Of a stretch of DNA of 64,000 nt, positions 57,301-64,000 are shown piece by piece. The DNA is from Euglena gracilis (taxonomy: Eukaryota): positions 20,136,642-20,200,641 of the forward strand of contig CP154954.1 in the NCBI GenBank assembly GCA_039621445.1. Reading direction: 5' to 3'. Within the stretch, counting starts at the first letter, position 1, and every line of letters begins with the position of its first letter. The translations under genes and the position numbers were made by a program. Under the pieces are notes generated by a model. The model did no database searches, was not told the DNA's origin, and saw nothing but the letters and a program-made list of their open reading frames with translations.

Positions 57301-60300
57301 TCTGTCACTGGGGAATCCTAATTTCACAACTCTGGTGCCCCCCCAAGGCCCCCAGGTCGTTGATTCGAAGAGGAAAAACGTTTCTGTAGGGTTTATTCAG
57401 CATCTTAAACCAAAAGTCACTGAAAATTGCCACAAGTTTCGACTCAGATTCTGGCCGATCCGACCATCGCGAGCGTATCTCGGGCTGCGTGCAACGTTAG
57501 GGTACCAAGTTACCCCTCGATCAAAAGCTCTTTCCAACAGACGACCAGCGGTGCTCATCAGATTTTTCCACGCTGCACGGTACTCTATTTCCAAATCTGG
57601 GCCGATTTTCACCAATTTTGGATATCCACCCCACTGGTCCCCAGGTGGCAAAATTCATTGTCCTTGATGGTTGAAACACTCATACCAGCACCTTAGGGCC
57701 ACTTTTGGGCACTTTTGGTGACATTTTTAGGAATGAAAACCGGACGCCGGGCTTTGGACAAAACCGGCGTTCCTAACGCCGGGCTTTAGGACAGAACCGG
57801 CGTCCGGAAAGCCCGTGGGGGGGGGACGCCGGTTCTGTCCTGAACCCGGCGTCTCAAACGCCGGCTTAAAGAAATTATTGTCCAAATCATCCCAAAACCA
57901 ACGGAAACCCACCCAAATGGCTCTAGAACCCACCAATCGGGGGTGAATATGCAAAAATTCGGAAGAAAGATCTCCCTGCCCATGATATTCTCCATGCGGT
58001 GGCAAGGAAAACCCAGTCAAAATGATCAACAAAAAAGAGAACTTAGCCCCCCAAAGAATTTTGCCAAAATTAAGGGATTTTGTTATTTGAGGGGGGGTGC
58101 ATGGGGGGGCGGTAGCCCCCCCCCCCCCCTGGATGCACTTTGGCTTCTATCTGGTTTAGGCCCGGCGCTGCATTCCGCTTCTGGCCCTTTCTTCGGAGCA
58201 ACTCAATAATTGTCCGACCCCATATTCACTGGGACTTCAAACTTCCCCCCCTCCCCCCCGAGGAGGCCTTAGGCCGACTACCACCTCCCCCCCCCCTAAT
58301 TGACCGTGGGACCTCTCCACAGGACCCCCCTTTTGGTCAATTAGGGGGGGGGGTTCAATTAGGGGGGGGGGCGTCAATTAGGGGGGGGGTACCGTCAATT
58401 AGGGGGTGCTTCAGCACAGAATCCCCCCGGGCAGTCAATTAGGGGGGGGGTCGAAAAAATTTTCCCCGGGGCGTTTGGTCAATTTGTGGGGGGGGGGGGC
58501 ATCACCCCAAGTAGGGGGGGGGAGGTGGGGGAGGTGGGTTAAGATATGGTTCGCACTCGATCAAGAAGCCTGGAGAGGAGGGTCCCCCCCGCCCATGTCA
58601 AAACAGCCAACGGAAAAGGATTTTGCCCCCCAAGTATTTTGCCAACATAAAGGGATTTTGCTATTTGAGGGGGGGTGCGGGGGGGGGGGCAGCACCCCCC
58701 CCCCCGCGAGGAGGCCGTAGGCCGACTAAGTTCGCACGAATATACTTTGCCCTACTCTAAATTGTCATTTTCACTTCAAAAAAAGCCCAAACTGAGGCCC
58801 GGGTGGGGTTGGATTGGGGAGTTTTCTGCCTCTCAAGATGCAAACACTCTCATTTGTAAAGGATTTTCATGCAAACCTTGTGTATCTGTGGCAATCTGCA
58901 GTCCCACCAACCCAAAATTGACCCCCCACCAACCACGCATTTTCATCTGTGGGTGATCACACTGGTGCAGAGTACTCATTTGGCCCCGTAAACCATTTCT
59001 GGGTGATTTGGGCAAGCCAGAGACCATTTTTATGTTTGCTGACTAGTCTGCTTAGGGATTTGTTCACAGGGGGGGGGGCTTAAAAGTCGGCGGTTTTGAC
59101 TCGTTAGCACATTAGAGTGGGTATTTCGCCGACTAGTCGGCCGACTACCCACTACCCCCCCCCCCACATCTCGCCGACTAGCTATAATCCATAAAAGCCC
59201 AAAATTGGCCCAAAAAGCCCAAAATTTCTGTTGTACTGAGCGAACGAAGACATAAAAGCTGCAGGGAAGTGATAGGATTGGAGGGGCAGATGGTCTGCCA
59301 GTGATCACCGATGGCAGTTAGGATAGCCGTGTTTCCATAGCCGGTTTCCTAACCGTAATTGGTGTGGATCAGGGGGTTTTTTAAGACCGGGGGGGGGGGG
59401 GTGGGGGGGTCCCCCCCCCACCCCACCCACCCCCTGGGGGGGGGGGGGCCCCCCGGGGGGGGGAGGGGGGTCCGGGGGACCCACAAAAAAATGTCCGAAA
59501 ATCGCGAAAAAACGTGCTAAAATAGAATTTTTTCGGCGCCTGCGGCGCCGAAAAGTATATCCCACCACCCTCCGGGGGGACCCCCCCCGGGGGGGGGAGG
59601 GGGTCCGGCGGAGGCCCACCACGTCCACCCCCCCCCCTCCCCCCCCCGGCGGTCCAAACTTAAAAAAATCCCTGGTGTGGATCGACAGACAGACTTGATG
59701 CACTGCCGTGGATCGACAAGTACCGAAATAACCCCCTGCCTATCACAATAATCACCATTGTATATGGTGTGGATTATCCTTTTTGGGCCTGAACGATCCT
59801 GTTCGGGGGTTGCGAACGAATAATCACTAGTCAACTAGTCGTCGCAACCTTGGGGTGAAAAAGAAAAACAAAGTCCCATTTCCAAGACAAGCAAAACCCT
59901 GGTGGCAAGGTGCGGCCAGGCTGCTTCTGGTCGGCGTGTGCCGCAACAGGTTTACCCCCCCCCCTATTGTCCCTGAGCCCCAGCTGATGGAGGGTTTTTT
60001 GGCCGGGCGAAAAAAAATTTCTTTGGCACGCTCGCATTGTCCCGCACCTTGCAAGAAACCCAGAGGCGGCAGTTGGAGAAAAGGGGGATAAAAGCCGCTG
60101 ACCCCTTTGTCATGCAAGGCTGCCCACCCAGAACAGGGAAATGGGGTGATTTGCCTGAAGGGCAAAAACTCCAAAAGTGCGACCCAAAAGGGGGCGGGGT
60201 TCTGCCGCGTAACAGACAAGTACCGACTTTGGTACTTGTTCGCTAAGCGAGGTCCAACATCCCTTGTGTCCCCCCAATTGCAGAAGAATTGCAAAAAAAA

Positions 60301-60477
60301 TCCATGTTTCTTGGTGTTACACGGGAAGATTAGACCCAAAAAAGTCCTCCCCCCCCAAGGCCAAGGGGAGCGCCACCAGGAGAGCAAAAAAATGAAATGT
60401 GGCTGTGGTTTGGCACACCTTGTTCTCCTTCTTGCAAAAAATTTTCTTCATATTGCGGTTCGTACTGTCCCTCATAA
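30316..60477 (-). CDS. Large multi-exon host gene: four copies of a ~90-aa domain plus an E/V/P-rich region; possible uDENN/Afi1-like N-terminal part; boundaries uncertain
   Basis: Minus-strand exons: 47393-47284 + 47218-47086, ~39970-39790 + ~39120-39060, ~37735-37559 + 37289-~37155, ~33735-33624 + 33182-33019 (repeat domain); 44493-44443 and 44342-44016 (GT-AG, EPEP-rich). Further candidate GT-AG exons at ~60477-60419, ~59350-59248, ~53109-53068, ~50538-50434, ~38330-38289, ~38182-38089, ~31976-31890, ~30385-30316. The part above 47.4 kb is less certain. Confidence 0.6.
31494..31762. mobile_element. hAT-like MITE
   Basis: TIRs CAGGGGTTTTTTT..TA / TAAAAAAACCCCTG; 8-bp TSD GATCTGAT (31486-31493, 31763-31770). 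Confidence 0.92.
32225..32873. mobile_element. Two abutting MITE copies (CAGACCATACCATTGCTTA TIR family), related internally to 26506-26859
   Basis: Left TIR at 32225 and again at 32531; right TIRs at ~32515-32530 and ~32855-32873. Shared AAAAACCAGTCAGTCAC motifs; an extra orphan right TIR at ~32202-32214. Confidence 0.75.
33183..33623 (-). other. Non-conventional intron (441 nt) with CAT/ATG instead of CAG/CTG pairing
   Basis: GAT-CATGCTG...CAGCATG-GGTCA|G. Removal gives EFVTDTG-SLGITPELV, matching the repeat alignment. Confidence 0.7.
34066..34197. repeat. Minisatellite, 3 x 44 bp
   Basis: AATTAGCTCGGAATTAGCTCTGAATCAGGAAGAGCAGGGGTAAG repeated three times with minor changes. Confidence 0.9.
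34709..35171. mobile_element. MITE with 7-bp TSD and internal AAAAAATGC repeats, related to 22265-22728
   Basis: Ends CAGGGGG..GAATGCAACTTG / CAAGTTGCATT..CCCCTG; TSD CCGACAG (34702-34708, 35172-35178). Confidence 0.88.
37295..37555. mobile_element. Degenerate MITE of the CAGGGGTTTT family forming essentially an entire host-gene intron (about 37558-37290, minus strand)
   Basis: Left TIR CAGGGGTTTTTTTAAG is intact and the right TIR is decayed; no TSD remains. Both flanks are coding (..HAEGDAP / GGVQRSLP..), and 3+5 removal is in frame. Confidence 0.7.
37925..38055. repeat. (ATTATA)n-like AT microsatellite
   Basis: Directly visible. Confidence 0.9.
40176..40428. mobile_element. Degenerate MITE of the CAGGCTTCTTTTTAAG family
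   Basis: Left TIR identical to 21366; right end decayed; flanks ATAAAATG / ATAAATG resemble a decayed TSD. Confidence 0.7.
41580..42378 (+). repeat. Interstitial degenerate (TTAGGG)n array with GGGATACGG and TTAGAG variants
   Basis: Directly visible TTAGGG runs interspersed with ATACGG/TTAGAG units over ~800 bp. Confidence 0.95.
42377..43106. repeat. Satellite, ~4 units of 157-193 bp
   Basis: GGCCGACTAAGTT recurs at ~42377, 42534, 42726, 42919, 43093; related fragments at ~58070-58740. Confidence 0.9.
46231..46462 (+). mobile_element. Short internally deleted copy of the same family
   Basis: Same 5' motif and same 3' end GGCTCAGCCACAATTTGTGTAG. Confidence 0.7.
47219..47283 (-). other. Non-conventional intron (65 nt) in host gene
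   Basis: C|ATC-CAGGGC...GCCCTG-ACAGT|G. Removal gives DFVLGN-GHLRLT, which aligns with the intron-less repeats NFVVANGNLKI and NFALQTGTLALT. Confidence 0.85.
48600..49072. mobile_element. MITE with TAGGG termini and CGATTAATCG subterminal repeats
   Basis: TAGGGCTGT... / ...ACAACCCTA; flanks GTTTCGG / GTTTAGG resemble a TSD with one mismatch. Confidence 0.7.
49105..50186 (+). mobile_element. Second copy of the 51379-52886 family
   Basis: Same 5' end, shared ~600-bp interior, same terminal hairpin ending GTGTAG. Confidence 0.75.
51379..52886 (+). mobile_element. Non-autonomous element with subterminal inverted repeats plus a long 3' hairpin (Helitron/Helentron-like; alternatively a TTAA-TSD element)
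   Basis: IR ...GCCCGCCAAATGCCTGCCCTGAAATTCGTGGTCATGA at ~51395 and inverted at ~52714-52750; hairpin 52768-52880 followed by GTATAG; internal GACACGTTTTCAGTGA repeats. Confidence 0.7.
52947..53092. repeat. Foldback hairpin element (~145 bp)
   Basis: ACAAGGTACC..CCAAAGAGCCGCCCAACTAGGGTTAA arm and its reverse complement surround a central GGCGCCGAAGGCGCC. Confidence 0.8.
53913..56765. mobile_element. Mutator-like foldback element with 9-bp TSD and internal satellite
   Basis: Ends GGCTC..GCGGA..ATTGGCCATGGAACTTTTGG / CCAAAAGTTCCATGGCCAAT..TCCGC..GAGCC; perfect TSD CCGGGAACG (53904-53912, 56766-56774); subterminal GGTCGCTAGCGACC palindromes. Confidence 0.88.
54160..56110. repeat. Satellite, ~12 units of ~160 bp
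   Basis: CACGCGCACCGTAAACAAAACCGTCCTAAGGCGCCTTCGGCGCC recurs every ~160 bp (54396 to 56022). Confidence 0.95.
56947..57869 (-). mobile_element. Unrelated-sequence element with the same architecture (IR pair, perfect ~80-bp hairpin, GTAG end)
   Basis: TTAAGCCGGCGTTT (57043) / AAACGCCGGCTTAA (57869); hairpin 56959-57040; the minus-strand end reads ...TTTTTTGCAGTAG. Confidence 0.6.
59370..59674. mobile_element. hAT-like MITE, same family as 31494-31762
   Basis: TIRs CAGGGGGTTTTTTAAG / CTTAAAAAAATCCCTG; 8-bp TSD GTGTGGAT (59362-59369, 59675-59682); near-identical core around CGGCGCCTGCGGCGCCG. Confidence 0.92.
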
Positions 60478-60625
60478 TACTGTTCACCTGTGGAGGAAAG
60501 AGGATGAATTTTCATCACAAAAGAACGTAAATCACCTTGTTCTTCGTGCGACATGACAGGGTACTAAAAAATGAGGGTGCTCTCTGATCAATCTGGAAGG
60601 TGATCAATGAAGCTGAATGTCCAAA

Positions 60626-60719
60626 CCCCACGCCCACGCCCACCCACCCACCCACCCACAACACACAACAACACAACACAACACAACACAACACAACAGA
60701 GCAGAACAGAACGGAACAG

Positions 60720-60793
<74 letters not shown>
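60626..60793. repeat. Compound microsatellite (CCCA)n-(ACAAC)n-(AC)n-(AG)n
   Basis: Directly visible. Confidence 0.95.
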
Positions 60794-60796
<3 letters not shown>

Positions 60797-61421
60797 CTAC
60801 ATACACTCATCCAAGGCGCTCACAATCACATTCACACACTCGAACTCACTCGCTCGGTCGCTCACTCACTCACAATTGCACCACCCATGACCAGAAACTC
60901 AGAAAATGGCTGATGTTTTTGTTAAAAAAAATTTTTGACTGTTCTTCTGGATCACGCGCGCTTTTACATTTTTAGAAGATACTGAATTCACATTCATTGG
61001 TGGAGAATCTTCACCAAAAATATAAAAGTATTAAAATCTCAAAAGATGATGAATCCCCCCCCCTTTTTTGAAACCAGAGCTTTTTGAGACCTGGATGTAG
61101 ATTGGTAAAGGATGTGTACACAAGACTTTTCTTGTGCACAACGGTTGAGATTCAGTTTCTTAATGAATGTCAACTGGCAAATTCTTAACTCTACTTCCAA
61201 CTACATTACACCCAGAGTACAAGCAACCCGCGACCTGTGGCGGCACAGGGAGTCACAAGGGGGTTCCTCTTGTGGCGAGTGCCAAAAGAGACGTTTCCCT
61301 GGGCCCGGGGCACGGTTTGGGTGAAGCTTTGCTACCCACCGTGATCTGCTTCACTTGACCAACATTGGCCACCCACCGGGACAACACAGCCACATTTTGG
61401 CAGTACGGGGGGGTGCGGAAA

Positions 61422-61800
61422 CTCCAGTGAACTTCACCGGTGAACGTTCACGGGGGGGGGGAGGGGGAGGGGTAGTTTTGGTGGTGAAATTCACTGGTGA
61501 AGTTCACCGGTGAACTTCACCGTTTTGATGGTTGGGGGTGAAATTTTGATGGGTGAAATTTTGCTTCTTTTCCTCTTAAAATGGACATTTTGAGGTTGAT
61601 GGTTCATGGAATTTATCGAAATTCCATGAACCATGAAATGAAAGAATTGCCCCAAAATGACATTTTTGGCCATTTTTGGCCAAGAAAGTGCCCTTGTGGT
61701 GAACTTCACCTCTGAATTTCACCGTTGGGGTAGGCAGATGGGGGGGGGGAGGGGGTCCGGGACCCCCCGGTGAACTTTCAAACGGTGAACTTCACCTAGG
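61422..61800. mobile_element. Probable MITE with repeated GGTGAA(C/A)TTCACC palindromes
   Basis: Multiple copies of the palindrome clustered at both ends; termini and TSD not resolved. Confidence 0.5.
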
Positions 61801-64000
61801 GGGGGGGGGGGGGGGGGGGTCCGGGACCCCAAAAATTACTGCCTGATCTCCAAGTTTGCCATGACCTCTCATGTGTGAAGCAGCGAGCATCGGATTTACA
61901 CCCACACCAATGTGGGGTGGCAACACCCAAGGGCAGGAGGTTGGGAAATATTCACCGTTGCAGTTTTGCAGGTTTTTTGCAGTTTTCACGTTTTGGGTTT
62001 TTTGCAGTTTTTGCAGTTTTTTTTATTTTTTATTTCAGTTTTGAGGAAACCCGAGTGTTTGTTTTTTTTTCCGGATTGTATGTTTGACAGGTGTTTCTCA
62101 AGAAAAAGCATCATCTATTCATGAGTTGTGTTGTCTACGGCTATGCCTTGCCCTCAACTGGCTTGCCAACTCCTTTGTCTCTCAATACAACAGAAATTGG
62201 TGCAGCCACCATTCCAAATAATAGATTGTTTCAATGACAAGACCACAATTACTCCCAACCAAAATTGCTCCACTCCAGCAAGGTTTTATTTAGTCGTGGA
62301 GTTGCTGCTGCATCTTCAACGAGAGTGCCCCATCTACAAGAAGAAGCCGAAGTTCAATATACATGGGAGACAAGGAGGGAGGGGGGGTCCGAGGGGGGGT
62401 TGGAAGTTGTACACGGGGGGGAGGGGGGGTCCCCAGAAAATCACAACTGTACTGCCTACCCCCGAGACAGTTGCGACATTTTTCGTCCAATTGAGGTTGT
62501 CTTTATTGTACATACATTTTGTGCAGTTCAGATTGCATCTTACGGGAAGATGACCAATGCTGTTCGTTTGTGATTGTTCATATGACATTTGTCCAAAATT
62601 TCACCCTTGGCCCAGAATGCCGAATGATCGTCAATGTTTTCATTTTAAACACTCAGCAGAAGTGTTGAAACTCCGAAGGTTCTTTTCCTTGCAATGATGG
62701 ATTTTGCGAAATTCAGATGCATTTTGCGAAATATTTGTTTCTTGTGAAAAGAATGGTAGCCAATGTTTTCACTTTGAACACTTAGCAGAAAGGCAGGAAG
62801 CAGCTTCAATCACTCCCCCTTGGCACACAATGCGGAATTGTAGCCAATGTGCGGAATTGTAGCCAATGTTTTGCCCCTGTGTCCTGGTTCGTTACGGCTA
62901 CGGCTACGGCTACTGGCAATGTTCAGATTTCTGTCAATGCTCCCCTTCCTGTTTCTTTCCTTCAGCCATTTCTCATCTTTCTTTGTCCCTGACATATTGA
63001 ACCTCGGCTTTTTTTACATGGGAAAAAAAGGTGCTTTGCACACAAAAAAAAAGGAGAAACGGTCTGAAATTTCTGAAAAAAGCAGAACATATATTACACG
63101 GCGGAAATTAAAAAATGAATTACGCCGTAAGTTACCCCCCCCCCCTAAATGACCCTATTGATGTTGCTTCAGGACCCCCCAAAGGGGGTGCTACCCCCGT
63201 GACCCCCCCCGTGACCCCCCCCGTGACCCGCCCGTGACCCGAGAATCGAGCCTTCAATTTTCATACAATGCATCAACCTTCATCACTTCAGCCTTTCTTT
63301 TCATTCATCATTTCAGCTTCTTTTTGATGTCTAGGTGGCGTTTTTGGTTGCTTTTCATCAATTTTCTGGTTCAAACCATTGAAAGTTCGCCTTGACATGG
63401 TCTAAAAATTGGAAAGAAATGCGAAGATTTGAGGGGAAATTTTTTTCGACCCAAACAATGGCGCTTCTTTGCCATATTAATTTGGCCCAAAACATTGGCA
63501 AAAGGGGAGATTGCGCAAGTAGGAAAGAATTTCATGGCAAAAAGGGGGAAGGGAAAACATGAAATTTTTGTGGAAGACCCCCCCAAAAAGAAAATAATTG
63601 TCCTCACCCCACCTTCCATTTAGACAACCAAACCCCTTTTTGACACCCAACGTCCAACGCACCTCCACACCCAAAAATGGCCAAAAATCTTGTCCCCTAA
63701 AAAAAAAAGCCAAAAATTGGTGCATTTCTGCACCCAAAACATATTTTTTTGGCTACTTTTTTTTTCCAAAGCTGGCAATCAAAAAAAAGAGGGGTTTTTT
63801 TGTTTTTTTTGTGTTTTTTTTTAAAAAAACGCCAACGAGGTTTGGGAATTTTTTTTGGGAAAAAACACAGTCTCACCTCAGTGATGGTGAAGACGAGTGG
63901 CTGTTGCGCCTTGTTTCCGCTTCATCCAAAACCAATTCACCATCAGACTGAGTGGTCTTCAAAAGTGGGAGTTCTTCATTTGCTTTGCCTCTTGTTTCTC

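Noticed and set aside
21380-61830. Abundant G/C homopolymer runs as functional G-quadruplex elements
   Set aside because: They are intrinsic to the MITE families and run lengths are unreliable; there is no independent evidence of function.
62810-64000. Minus-strand exon-like segments (e.g. ETRGKANEELPLLK..., MSGTKKDEKWLK...)
   Set aside because: Plausibly coding, but I could not join them in consistent phase or recognise a product.

Overview
Repeat-rich eukaryotic DNA, most likely from a euglenid. This is inferred from TTAGGG-type repeats and from several introns fitting the euglenid non-conventional pattern N3-CAG/CTG...CTG/CAG-N5|R, mixed with GT-AG introns. Bases 1-20.46 kb are a tandem array of about 22 units (~974-bp long and ~802-bp short variants), with an inverted unit at the left edge. 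Bases 20,845-30,284 are a 9.4-kb TIR transposon (22-bp TIRs, TTTAT flanks). It carries about 19 GAAGCGG-N4-CCGCTTC palindromes and encodes an intron-split DDE-like (Academ/DUF6589-like) transposase plus a second ORF. A long multi-exon host gene lies on the minus strand (about 60 kb down to about 30 kb, possibly to 20 kb). It encodes four copies of a ~90-aa domain and a Glu/Val/Pro-rich region. Its introns are packed with nested non-autonomous elements: hAT-like (8-bp TSD), 7-bp-TSD, Mutator-like (9-bp TSD, carrying satellites and a telomere-like array) and Helitron/Helentron-like. Key observation: CAG...CTG-ended MITEs with 8-bp TSDs inserted in coding sequence have exactly the geometry of non-conventional introns (3 nt + 5 nt = one TSD), so splicing would restore the ORF precisely. 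All gene models were built by eye, and family assignments are unverified without searches.
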